The translations under genes were made by a program, and so were the position numbers. This document shows, one piece after another, positions 39,236 to 50,281 of a stretch of 64,000 nucleotides of DNA; the first letter of the stretch is position 1, and every line of letters starts with the position of its first letter. Source of the DNA: Nemertoderma westbladi (taxonomy: Eukaryota; Animalia; Xenacoelomorpha); assembly GCA_032718475.1 (NCBI GenBank), contig JAUCBJ010001139.1:1-64000 (forward strand), read 5' to 3'. The notes below the pieces were generated by a model. The model saw nothing but the letters and a program-made list of their open reading frames with translations. It had not been told where the DNA came from and made no database searches.

Positions 39236-40319
39236 GATAAATAATAATTACATCATCATAAATTCACCCAAATATGCTGACTCTGTTGACTGTTAGCACA
39301 GAGCCAGAGCCTGATATTATAATGTTTTCAGTTACTATCGCCCTCGAATTCAGACCCAGCTACTAGAAATAGGCCGCGCCCCGCCTTATGTGAATTTCAT
39401 CAGTATACCGAACTCGTTCGAGACAGAGTGTCGCTATTTAATAGCTACCTCCGCCCTGTAACAGACCCAGCTACTAACTATAGAACTATAATTAGGACGC
39501 CTTCATACAGAACACGTTGCCATTTCATAATGACTCTAAACTGAAGCTACACAAAGGAAAAGGTGAGAAATGATTATCTAATAATAACACACAAAATCCG
39601 ATTATTATACATACTCCTCCTTTTAACAAAGCCGCATTCAACTAACTCCCTTATTACGTATTAGCCTGTGCTGTATCAATGCCTCAGTGGGTGGTCTTTA
39701 CTACAACTGAAAGGCCCGACTCAGCTCCAGGTAAGTTAACAATCTGTCAATAATAAAAATGAAAGCGAGCCGACATTTAGTCAGAGCAACCAAATGGATG
39801 TCCAAGGAGACGGGCTGTCTGGACTTGACTGAGTCGAGTTAAATCGCTTCGCCAAAACGACCAAGTAGCCCATAGGAATACACTACATTTTTTTTGGCGA
39901 TTTTGGTCATTTTGGCCGCCAAAACGACCAAGTTAATGTTTATTGGGATTGGGACTGTATATACTGAAGGATAGACTGTATGCTACTGTACATTATGTAG
40001 GCTATGTCAGTATGTAGGCCTATGTCTGTATCTACGCTCTATTTGCAACTTTATTGAGTTCTCCCTCTGCAATTTTGCGGGCTTGGGACCGTTTTTTGAG
40101 TTTTTTGAACACAAAAGGCTGCATTACAAGTACAACTCATAAGATTGTATTGTAATAGGGGCAGCTACTCTCTGACAGCTAGATCAGGCCCCGCTCAATG
40201 CATGGCTCGCCCCACAATCAGACAATGCTTTGTTTTATTTTGCACATCATGTGCGCCCCTCTAAACGATTTGAACTACACTTGGATACACGTTTTGCAAG
40301 CGTTTCTCACTCGTTTGTA

Positions 40320-40454
40320 CTCTGTTGTAGGCCTACTATTTTTGCACTCTTTTGTACTATTTTTGCACTTTATTGTACTCTTTTGCATTCTTTTGTACTA
40401 TATTGTACTATTTTGTATATTTTTGTACTTTTTTGTACAAATTCGTCGGACCCG
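40320..40454. repeat. TTTGTACT-type 10-bp repeat array ending in a MITE-like terminus
   Basis: Repeated TTTGTACT/TTTGCACT units ending AATTCGTCGGACCC, whose reverse complement GGGTCCGACGAATT resembles the 17794 MITE end GGGTCCTACGAATT; the partner end was not found. Confidence 0.55.
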
Positions 40455-40574
40455 CTATAGCCAGATAGCTAATGCTGTAATGGTATTGACAATCAGACAA
40501 TTGACATTCCTTAGTTTGTTAGTTTACCGGTCTGCCGGCAGTACTGTAGTTGTAGTACAGTAGTACATAGTAGG

Positions 40575-41388
40575 TAGGGCTCGATCGGAGCTCCGGCCTC
40601 CGGCTCCGGCTCCGGCCATTTTGGCACCTCCGGCTCCTGCTCCGGCTCCGGTAAAAATATTGCCGGAGTTAATTTTTTAATAAAGTATTATATTTCGTGC
40701 ATATTCTAATCTGAACAATTATTTAACACTATAAGTAGGCCTACTGTAGTACAGCTTCAATATCAAGTATAATCTGACTGTCTGATAATACTGCAGTATT
40801 TACTTAAAGTCAATGACTGGCTGACTGTACTGCAGTAGGCCTACTGGTACTGGCCAGCTGGCTGACTAGCAGACTATTACAGATAGGCCCTACTTTAAAA
40901 AATTGTAAATGCTATGATTGTACACTGTCAGACTGTACCACTGCAGCCATTTACTGCTGTCAAGCATGCCAGCATACTGTACTGCAGTACCGGTACACGT
41001 ACGGTAGGCTACCTACAGTACACACCTCTACCACAGTTAGACAGTTAGCGAGTTAGGTACCGGTACTGTAGGTAATTTTTAGCCGTCAGCGTCAGGCCGT
41101 CGCCGTCAGCATCAGGCCATCGCCGTCAGCGTCAGGCCGTCTGTCCGTGATAAATTAATTATTAAAGTTTAAATTGAAAATTCGTAAATCTATAAATTAT
41201 GAAATTAATTAGACCTACAGTATGATTGATTATGAGCGATTGGCGAACGATAACCATACTTTATTTTTTTTAAATAAATAATTAAATTTTTAAAATTTTT
41301 GAAAAACTCCTGCTCCGGCTCCGGCCAAATTGTCCAACTCCGGTTCCTGCTCCGGCTCCGGCCAAATCCCAACTCCGATCGAGCCCTA
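40575..41388 (-). mobile_element. hAT-type MITE, copy 2 (8-bp TSD ATAGTAGG)
   Basis: Same TIR TAGGGCTCGATCGGAG; TSD at 40567-40574 and 41389-41396; reverse complement of 20937-21726. Confidence 0.92.
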
Positions 41389-41539
41389 ATAGTAGGCCTA
41401 CTTAACATTAACATACTGACATAGTCTGACAGTACTGCAGTAACAGCCAGACAGCCTGGAAGATTACAAATTACAGTACCGATACCGGTACAGAATTAGC
41501 TCTACTACCTGTCTACTGCTGTACTGGACTGGTTGAATG

Positions 41540-43138
41540 AGGTAGAATAAAACGTCTGTCCTTATCTGATCTGATCTGATCTGATCTGACAGCATCTGAT
41601 TCTATAACCAATCAGGAGAAAGATATATAATATTTACCTAACTGTCTGTTAGGTAAATAGCCAATAGCTGAATAGGGGATCACGTTTCAGGTTGCCTGTT
41701 ACGTATCAGTATCATCATATGAAGTAGCAGTACAGGCATATCGGTATGCATCTAATGCACAAAGGCATGTTATTATATATTAAAAATGCGATATACAGTA
41801 GGATGAAGGATGGTGGGTATGTAAGTTGTGTGATTGTCCCAGCAAAGATGGATAGTTTCAGATGTAAACAACTTTCGTAGATTTAGTCTGTTAGTTGGTG
41901 TTGAAACAATAAACTTTTATTAAAAACAATACAGCATTTGCTGCAATATTTTTTTCGTAAATCTTTCTTGTTAATAGTTATCATTATTAATAGTTAAAGT
42001 TAATTATATTAATTATAATTAATATTATTAATTAAGTACGGTAATGATTCTTATTAATATATTACATTTAAAATATGTATGAAATTTAAGAATTTTATTA
42101 ATTTTACTATTTATTAAAGAATATGGGAAGGTGGATGGGAATGTGGGAATTTATAAACACTTATTACCTTCCAATTGAAGGAAAAGAGCAGGTTACAGCG
42201 GCTGTAATTTCTAACCAAAACAATAAACGACGTTGTTACCTACAAATTGGGAAAGGAGCAGGTTACCGAGACAGGGTTTTCTAACCAAAACAATAAACGA
42301 TTTTGTTACCTACCAATTGAGGGAAAGGAGAATATGTTACCGCGGCGGCTTGTTTACACAGTTACACCCGTCACCTTCTTACTAACCGTCCTACTGACTG
42401 ATCAATAGATCATCCCCCTCAAAAAATAAAGGACATCGCGCACGCGCATAAAGCACTTAATAAAGATAAATTTAATAAAAACGAATACAATAAAAACAAG
42501 AATAAAAACAATAAACGAATTAGTATATGTGCAGGTCACTGTATAAGACATAAATAAGCTCTATAATACACTCAATAAAGATAAATTAAAAAAGAATTAA
42601 AATCTTCAAATATAAAATTCCAATAAAAGTCGACCGAAAAGTGAAATCCTGGTATCTTCACATGGGCGGTATTCTTCACATGGACCGACACCAAAATTTG
42701 GCACCAGCCGCTAAAAACAAATTTAAAATTTCTAGCTTATTTTATTTGAATTCCTTTTAGTTCGTTTCAGTTAGTCTTTTAGTTAGTATCGTTAGTTTCA
42801 GAGCGGGAAGTATTATATTGACACCCCCCCCCCCCCCCCGGGTTTAAGGGGAATACCGGGGAAACTTCACATGCTGACATAGGCAGAAAGTCCAGTACTC
42901 ATTTAGCTACCATTTAAGGATGCAAGGCAGAGATGCCTCGCTAAACCCTTCAAAACATTCGTGCCGAAACGAAAACTACCTTGGCCCCATGCCGGGGTTG
43001 AACCCACAACCTCCGAGAGATGTGAATTCAATATAACCACTACACCAAGGTGCGCTCTGAACCAAGGTGGAACAAGTGTCAGATACCGTCAGATCAGATC
43101 AGATCAGATCAGATAAGGACAGACGTTTTAGCCATCCT
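41540..43138. mobile_element. TIR element with long (12-bp) flanking direct repeat, MULE-like
   Basis: Inverted ends AGG.....TAAAACGTCTGTCCTTATCTG(ATCTG)nAC; ACTGGTTGAATG at 41528-41539 and 43139-43150. Confidence 0.8.
42880..43058 (-). mobile_element. tRNA-derived SINE, copy 1
   Basis: Minus strand has A box TGGTGTAGTGG and B box GGTTCAACCCC, then a body TTTCGGCACGAATG..TAAATGGTAGCTAAATGAGTACT shared with copy 2. Confidence 0.78.
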
Positions 43139-43301
43139 ACTGGTTGAATGGCAACTGGTATAATCAGATAATAGCAATGAATAGGTAGGCCTATTCATAA
43201 TACTGTAATACCGGTACTATAATAATACTGTAATAATAATAATACTGTAATATAAGATCTGAAGATTGTAGAATTGTTATTGAAATACTGAAATAGGCCT
43301 A

Positions 43302-46300
43302 ATGGCTACCGGTATTAGAGAAAATGAAACTGAGATTTATGTTACTCTACCACAAGGGGAGCGCGTTACTGAAATTGTATCCGCAAATATACCAGTGATG
43401 GATATACTTATTCATTTAAGTAAGAAATATTCCTTAATACCAGCCGAATATTATTTATATTGTGGTGATGATACTTGCAAAACTCGCCCAAGCGCTAATA
43501 TTACATTGACAACATGCAATTCAACTAACTTTCATATTGTCCCTCGAAATAATGAAATCCAGAAAAAAGTTAAAACTCCAGGATTCGAGGAGTCAGTTAG
43601 ACTTCAGGTTATATTCCCAAATACTTCCCGACTTTTGTTTCGTGTAAATCCAAAAATTCCAATTGTCGATAATATCCTTCCAGTTGTTTGCGATCGCAAA
43701 CAATTAAACCCTATTGATTGGGTATTTGAACTGCCGTCTGACCCTGGTAACCCGATTAACTTGCAGTGCTGTTTAGACGATTTCCAGACAAGGGAATTAG
43801 TCCTTACACAGCGGATTTCAGTATCTACCAGTAGTTGTACCCCAGGCGAGGATGATGAATACTTCGGATCGATCGCAGGACCTGGCCAACCGATCTCCCA
43901 ACCCTCGATGTTGCCTATCCCAACTTATCGGGATCATCGATGTTCATTTAGTTCGGGAATCGAAGCGCCGGATCTGGAGAGAAGATCCGAAGGTGAGTCG
44001 AGTGATGAGTGTTTACAACGCCGTTCAGTGAGTATGAGTAACTTGAGTCAGCCAAAGAAAGATAAAAAGAAGCTCAAATCTTTTCGCAACTGGTTTCCTT
44101 TTTTTCACAAGAAAAAGACAAATAAATCTAAACTGAAGGATATCCCGTTAAACTCGAGTAGTCTACCCCGACCGGGATCATTGGGGGGCGTCTCCAGAAC
44201 ATCTTCCACCTCTTCTAGTATATATAAACGAAACGTCACCCCTTCACGCGCTAAATATCGCAATCCCAGCGTCGCAGTCTCCACTCCAGATCTACTCGGG
44301 GATTCAGACCGGGGGAGATTGTCTCTGGAATCGCGGCCTGAACCAATTGGTGGCAGCGGAGATATCCCCTTATACGCGGGGAATTCCTGGCATTCAACCT
44401 CAACAAAAGTTACCAAGAAGAGACAGGCGCCGCCCCCACCTGTCCTCCCTTCTTTAGACACGAATAAACCTTCAGCTAAAAGTTGCACCTCAATTAGTGA
44501 TAATTTCCTTGCGAAAGTCTCCCATGGTAAAGGAAAGGCTCCAGCCCCACCAATCAATCGCCTCAATCGTAAAAGTAGAGCGAAATCTATAGACGGTGCT
44601 GATATTGTCTCCTCTTACTTCCCTTTAGCCGCCCCCAGTAGGACCCCTCGCATGGACTCGCCACCTACATTCGAGCCCCCGCCCCCGCCTACCAGCGACC
44701 CCCCCGGGGAGCCCCTCTCTATCCGTAGACTCCACGCTACCGGCCGGATTGCCGTCCACATGTCCCAGGAGGATATCAACAGCCTCGGACTGTCCGACAG
44801 CGTCGGACTGTCCGACAGCGTTTCCCTTTCCTCTCGTGACTCCCGAAGCGACGACGACGACTCGTTCGACGGCGTTTCGAGTTCGACGATTAGCGAGACG
44901 CAGTTGGGGTTGGAGTTGGACAATGTTATCAGGGAGGCCGAACGACTCCTCGCCTCCAGACAGGAGGCGATGGTGCAGACCGACGTCTCGGTAAACCTCC
45001 TACATCCATCTGTGTTTTTTCCTCCGATGTCTCTTCCAACCGAATCTCCTTGTCTTCCGTTGGATGCCGTCGATTGTCTTCCGACTCCGGGCGGTTCCGT
45101 CGATACGGACGCGTCGACGCCGACCAGACAGTCTCCGGACATCAGTGACACTCCCCAATACGAGACTCATAAACGGAACTCTGTAGTTATAAATAGCGGC
45201 GCTTCCGAAATACTCAACATTATTCAAGTGAAACATAACGAGACTTTCAACATTCCGAAAGTTGATTTAATTTATTCTACAGACTATGTTGTACCGGTAG
45301 CGGCCACCGATATCCTTCCGATTGTTCCTCTTAAAGAAGCGACACTGACAGACGCGACAGGGATCCCGCCGCCGCCGGGGTTCATAGATGATAATAATGC
45401 GCCACCGGAGGGAACCACTACGCCACCCGATGGCGCCACTTTTCCACTGGATGACGCCACTTTGCCACTTGATGGTGCCACTTTGCCACCCGATGGCACG
45501 ACTTTGCCACTTGATGGTGCCACTTCACCGTCCAATGGAGCAACTTTGCCACCCGACGGCGCCACTGTGCCACCCGATGGCGCTACTGTGCCACCCGATG
45601 GCGCTACTTTACCACTGGATGGTGCCACTTTGCCAACAGATGGCACGACTTTGCCACTGGATGGTGTCACTTCACCGTCCCATGGAGCCACTTTGCCACC
45701 CGACGGCGCCACCTTACCACCCGATGATGCCACTTCGCCTGTTGGCGAAGATTCCTTGTTGTTTTCCTCCAAACATTCCGATTGCATTCCGACTAACCGC
45801 TCTCTGTCTCCCCAACTGGACTGTTTAACTGACGACGGCAGCACAACGGTAGAGGAAGACGCCGATAATAGCGAGTATATTAATAATAGAGTCGATCCAA
45901 CGCACGCCGCGTCGCAATCGCCACCGGTGGTGGAAGAGTGCCGCACAGATCACCTGGAATCGGCACCCAAAGATGATAAGTTTCGCGTAACTGCAAGTAA
46001 CACGGACTACTTCCAGGACACGTTGAACGACGTTTCCGATAGCGAGCTGCGGTCGGACAACCAGCTGGGTGACCCCGCGAAACCGTTGGTTAATAACGGT
46101 TTCATCGGGAACGGCGTAGTTACGGATATATACGATATATTCGGCGAGGGAGTCCAACCGGGGTCCGAAGGAATAGTCTCCGAGGTAATTCCGACAAAAA
46201 CAATTAGCTACAAACGCAGTACTCGCGAGAGAGTTACGAGTGATAGTAGCGTCGCACCGCCTAGCGTTATTATTAATACTGTAATTCCACCTTCTATGGT

Positions 46301-47198
46301 GGAGGCGGAGAAACAGCGGTCTTCCCGCAGCGGAAACGTCGCTAAACGTATCGCTATGTTCCAATCCCGTGACGTTTCCTCCATGGAGTTACCCGAGTCT
46401 CAACCAAATATAATCTCCACTGCTGACGAAACGGAAACGCTTGTGGATGTTGTTTTGTCTACGAAGCAACAGACCTCAGATACTCTGGATCAGCAGCACT
46501 CATTGCGATCGCAGTCCAATCCGGTGGCACCACACTCAGCAGCACCACACTCTGTGGCACCCCATACGGTGGCACCACATACGGTGGCACCCCATACGGT
46601 GGCACCCCATACGGTGGCACCCCATACGGTGGCACCCCATACGGTGGCACCACATTCAATAGCACCCCATGCGGTGGCACCCCATACGGTGGCAGCACAT
46701 TCAATAGCACCCCATGCGGTGGCACGCCATACGGTGGTACCACACTCAGCAGCACCACACTCAGTGACACCCCATGCGGTGGCACCACATACAGTGGCAC
46801 CACACTCAGTGAAACCCCATGCGGTGGCACCACACTCAGTGACACCCCATGCGGTGGCACCACACTCAGTGACACCCCATGCGGTGGCACCACACTCAGT
46901 AGTGCCACCCCATCCCATTCCACCACACTCAATGTTAGCCAACCGACAGACCCGTACACCCGAGGTTTCCCCAATGCGGCACCACTCCTTACTAGACACC
47001 AGCAGCCCCCAGACTGTCTCCCGTCCCACACAGAGACGCAACTCATCCTCGGCCGTCATCAGCGCCCCTCCACCTTCGCGTGCGCCCCCTAGCGGCAGAC
47101 CGCTGAAGGACGACCAACTGTTGCAGCTTAGACGCCGTTCTGGGGGTGTGGCGGCTCTAGCACTGCAGTTTGCCGACAGAAATACCGACTCTTTCTAG
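43302..47198 (+). CDS. Intronless Cordon-bleu (COBL/COBLL1)-like actin regulator, 1298 aa
   Basis: N-terminal tandem ubiquitin-like segments (VTLPQG..PVMDILIHLSKKYSLIPAEY; E.SVRLQV..RVNPKIPI..ILPVVC), KRAP-like motifs KKRQAPPPP and KGKAPAPP, long disordered P/S-rich middle, possible degenerate WH2 at the end (DQLLQLRRRSGGVAAL); AATAAA near 47306. Confidence 0.8.
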   Translation: MATGIRENETEIYVTLPQGERVTEIVSANIPVMDILIHLSKKYSLIPAEYYLYCGDDTCKTRPSANITLTTCNSTNFHIVPRNNEIQKKVKTPGFEESVRLQVIFPNTSRLLFRVNPKIPIVDNILPVVCDRKQLNPIDWVFELPSDPGNPINLQCCLDDFQTRELVLTQRISVSTSSCTPGEDDEYFGSIAGPGQPISQPSMLPIPTYRDHRCSFSSGIEAPDLERRSEGESSDECLQRRSVSMSNLSQPKKDKKKLKSFRNWFPFFHKKKTNKSKLKDIPLNSSSLPRPGSLGGVSRTSSTSSSIYKRNVTPSRAKYRNPSVAVSTPDLLGDSDRGRLSLESRPEPIGGSGDIPLYAGNSWHSTSTKVTKKRQAPPPPVLPSLDTNKPSAKSCTSISDNFLAKVSHGKGKAPAPPINRLNRKSRAKSIDGADIVSSYFPLAAPSRTPRMDSPPTFEPPPPPTSDPPGEPLSIRRLHATGRIAVHMSQEDINSLGLSDSVGLSDSVSLSSRDSRSDDDDSFDGVSSSTISETQLGLELDNVIREAERLLASRQEAMVQTDVSVNLLHPSVFFPPMSLPTESPCLPLDAVDCLPTPGGSVDTDASTPTRQSPDISDTPQYETHKRNSVVINSGASEILNIIQVKHNETFNIPKVDLIYSTDYVVPVAATDILPIVPLKEATLTDATGIPPPPGFIDDNNAPPEGTTTPPDGATFPLDDATLPLDGATLPPDGTTLPLDGATSPSNGATLPPDGATVPPDGATVPPDGATLPLDGATLPTDGTTLPLDGVTSPSHGATLPPDGATLPPDDATSPVGEDSLLFSSKHSDCIPTNRSLSPQLDCLTDDGSTTVEEDADNSEYINNRVDPTHAASQSPPVVEECRTDHLESAPKDDKFRVTASNTDYFQDTLNDVSDSELRSDNQLGDPAKPLVNNGFIGNGVVTDIYDIFGEGVQPGSEGIVSEVIPTKTISYKRSTRERVTSDSSVAPPSVIINTVIPPSMVEAEKQRSSRSGNVAKRIAMFQSRDVSSMELPESQPNIISTADETETLVDVVLSTKQQTSDTLDQQHSLRSQSNPVAPHSAAPHSVAPHTVAPHTVAPHTVAPHTVAPHTVAPHTVAPHSIAPHAVAPHTVAAHSIAPHAVARHTVVPHSAAPHSVTPHAVAPHTVAPHSVKPHAVAPHSVTPHAVAPHSVTPHAVAPHSVVPPHPIPPHSMLANRQTRTPEVSPMRHHSLLDTSSPQTVSRPTQRRNSSSAVISAPPPSRAPPSGRPLKDDQLLQLRRRSGGVAALALQFADRNTDSF
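45408..45735 (+). repeat. Coding tandem repeat, 21 bp (DGATLPP-like heptapeptide)
   Basis: About 15 units GATGGCGCCACTTTGCCACCC-like in the Cobl-like ORF. Confidence 0.9.
46524..46930 (+). repeat. Coding tandem repeat, 15 bp (VAPHT/VAPHS pentapeptide)
   Basis: About 27 units GTGGCACCCCATACG-like in the Cobl-like ORF. Confidence 0.92.
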
Positions 47199-47721
47199 CC
47201 GCTTTCTAGTCTTTCTAGAGCTTCCTAGTTCTCTGCTTTACCTATGGCAGCGCGCCTGCTGTTGTGCATAATAATAACATAGTTTATATTGTAGTTCAAG
47301 TTTCAAATAAATATATACAAAATTAACATATAAATATTGTACAGATGTAGTTGAATGAAGTTATCAGATACACCATGTCGTTCTGGAATATAATATGTTA
47401 ATTCAGTGACCTTCCCACCCCCACCTCAGCTTATTTGTCTACAAATCTAAAAGATAGTTTCACCTCACAACTTAATGAAAGCGAAAATAAAAATTCTGGC
47501 TCACCCAGAAGGAGGGGGGAGGTGAAACTATCTCTGCTTCAAATTTCATATAATCTCATTAATTGTGGCCTTTTTACAAATTCTGAACTGAATTCAAAAT
47601 ACGATTTAATTCAAACTATCTACATTTCAAACGTGCTGTGATTTGTTACAATTAGTGAGGGAGACCTTAAATGCAACACTATATTCCAGAACATGGCGTA
47701 AATGAAACGGTATGGGTATTT

Positions 47722-47926
47722 GAGGCCATTTGAATAGTATATTGTGTCAGGCAATTTAGTTGGAATTCCACCCCAGCCGTATTTTTTTGCGCAAAGTTTC
47801 AACCAAACACACCCACACTTGCACCTCACCCATCCCTCTGTCTGTGTGGTGCGCCATTTAGTTTGGTATCGTATTTCACTCACTTTTTTGCCATTTGTTA
47901 AAATGTAACTACTATTTGAATGGCCC
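47722..47926. mobile_element. Approx. 205-bp MITE with GGGGCCATTCAAATAGTA-type ends
   Basis: GAGGCCATTTGAATAGTA on the left; TACTATTTGAATGGCCCC on the right. Confidence 0.6.
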
Positions 47927-50249
47927 CTTTACTTTGTTAAAAACTTAGTTTGTAATTCCGAAATTCTTGAATTTAATCAATTATAATTAACCTTCCGCAC
48001 ATTAAGGACAATTTATATTTTATTTTTTTTTTATTTATTTTATTTTGATTTTGGTCTGTAATTTTATTGTGATTAAGGGATATAAATTTTATATCTTAGA
48101 ATGTTTTTAATAATTTATATTTTTTTATGTACCGGTGTCTCATTGGATTAATTATTAAGTATCAATGTTATACAAATAGCCCTAAATGAAAGTGGAATAA
48201 TGCAGATAGTTAAACCTTTTAACTGTAATTAATAATCGTGCCACAATTAGTAATTTCATAATTTATATTTAATTAATGCTGTTGTTTGATATACAAATTT
48301 ACTGAACTCAATGAAGTGATTTTTATGATAATTATAAAAATATTATCTATCTTGCGGAGATATGTAAATTATTATTCACTGTATATATATAGTAATTAAT
48401 TACCTATATAGGTTGTTTATTTCATTTTGGTAACAAATTATAACACGAGTGAGGCCTTCGTGCAGCAAAAGCTGAAAGCCATCTTTGCGAACAATTATAA
48501 TTATACTATGGCTACTATAATATAGTATATGGTTATATTATTGGCTTCCGACACACACACAGTGACACACAGACTTTTAGAAAACGGCCTTAGTTTAATT
48601 CTAACAGTTCGCTGATGGCTCGCTGTTTTGACTCGCCCCACAAATACATTTCCGCTATAATTTATTTGTAGCTCGTAATTATTTTTCCATGGCACATCTT
48701 TTAATAATTTTGGCACGTGAATTAATATTTCTGGCAGATTTTTTTCACAACGTTTGGTACCGTTAGTTAAAATAGTTTGTTGTTAATCAATCATCTATTG
48801 TTTTGGTTACATAAGTCTGCTTATTTGTATTAATATCGTTTCCCCCCAATTGATTAAATTATTTTCCAGTATTATAATAGAAACATGTTCCGTTTCTCTT
48901 TAATAGAATACATACCAGCAAAAATAAATTATGTGCCAGTATAATTAAATATTGTATGCCAGTTTAATAAAAAATGTGCCATTTTGATATTATTCCTTTA
49001 AACTGTGCCACGTTCAGTATTTAACATTAATATTTAAAAAAATATTAAATATTCATAATATTAAGAAGAGAGGCAATTGCTTTCAGTTTACGATAACTCA
49101 TTGTTAACGTCTTGATAGGCCGTTTATAAGTAGAATAGCCTTCAAACCGTATCCTTCAACCGTGGTTTAAGGGGTTTGTTGTTGAAATACCGGGATCTGA
49201 GCAGAAAGTGTCAATCAGCCAATATCCCCAATCCAATGAATTTCAGTATTTCCTTATGTTATTATTTATGAAAGTCTTGTTATGGTTATAATGCCGGGCT
49301 GAGTTGTAATCCTGTCTGACGTAATGAAATGAAACATTATCAATATAAACTCCTCAGGTGTGGCTCATCCTGGTCCCCATAATGAAAACGACACAGTTTA
49401 TAGGGATAATTACACTTTTTTCAGCCAAATTTATTCTGAGTGTAAAATAGAAATACGACTGATTAAATTTATGAAATTAAAAAAAGACTTCCACAAGGTT
49501 TATCGTTCAGAGCAATAAAATATACCATACACAGGGACAGAAAGTCAAAGACTCAACGATGGTTGTCGTGGTACAATGGTCATAGCAGACTGACAAATTG
49601 ACAGTTCAGGTAGTTAATAGCAGAGGTACCGGTAGTATTTTATCAGCAAAATCTTTTAATAATTTTTTAAACTAATGTAAATTATTTGAAAAGAAATCTG
49701 CGAGCGAAACCAGCAATGTAATTTTGAAGTTATTTTTACCGGAAAATCTTGCATTTGTTTCAAATATCGATAATATCGATAGTGTACCTGTCTGTGTATT
49801 ATGTCACTTCTGTACAATTTCCACCTTTTCTTTTCCCGGATATTTTCTCCCAAACAGTGCTCCCGGGAGTTCGTCACCATTATGTTGTGTTTCTTAAAGA
49901 ACCATCCCTCTTTGATGATTTCTTGTGCTGTTTTTACCGGCTGCGTTTTTTAACACATAAAACAAGTGATGCATTTTTTGTTTCAAAAATACCGAAAAAT
50001 AATAAAAAATTTCGCGATTTTTTACACAAAAAATGCCATAACTTTTTTGAAACAAAATTTCAAAGTTCTTTAACCAACACAATTTTTCCGCGGAATATTC
50101 CTCTACATAATTCTGCAAACAGAACGAAAATCGGTTGAGTAGTTAAAAAGTAGATATAAAGTGTCCCAAAAAAGCCAACGCGAGAAAAATGACATTTTAA
50201 TTTCCTCCTGATTACAACTAACCAAACATGTAGACTTGGGGTGAAGGTG

Positions 50250-50281
<32 letters not shown>

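Larger units (their letters stand above)
32199..39957. mobile_element. Tc1/mariner-pogo-type non-autonomous element (TA TSD); host of nest 2
   Basis: TA|CAGTCCCAATCCCAATAAACATTAACTTGGTC.TTTTGGCGGCCAAAAT.ACCAAAAT and its reverse complement ending ..GGGACTG|TA. The left TIR is interrupted by the 32258-38460 insertion. Confidence 0.9.

Noticed and set aside
20937-41388. The two inverted MITE copies as TIRs of one 20-kb composite transposon
   Set aside because: Each copy has its own distinct 8-bp TSD, so they are independent insertions.
42975-43058. Possible tRNA gene (also 58290-58372)
   Set aside because: A and B boxes are present but I could not build a full cloverleaf, and both copies continue into a shared non-tRNA body, so they are SINE heads.
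44105-47059. Several antisense and alternate-frame ORFs over the Cobl-like gene
   Set aside because: Shadows of a GC-richer, repeat-containing coding sequence.
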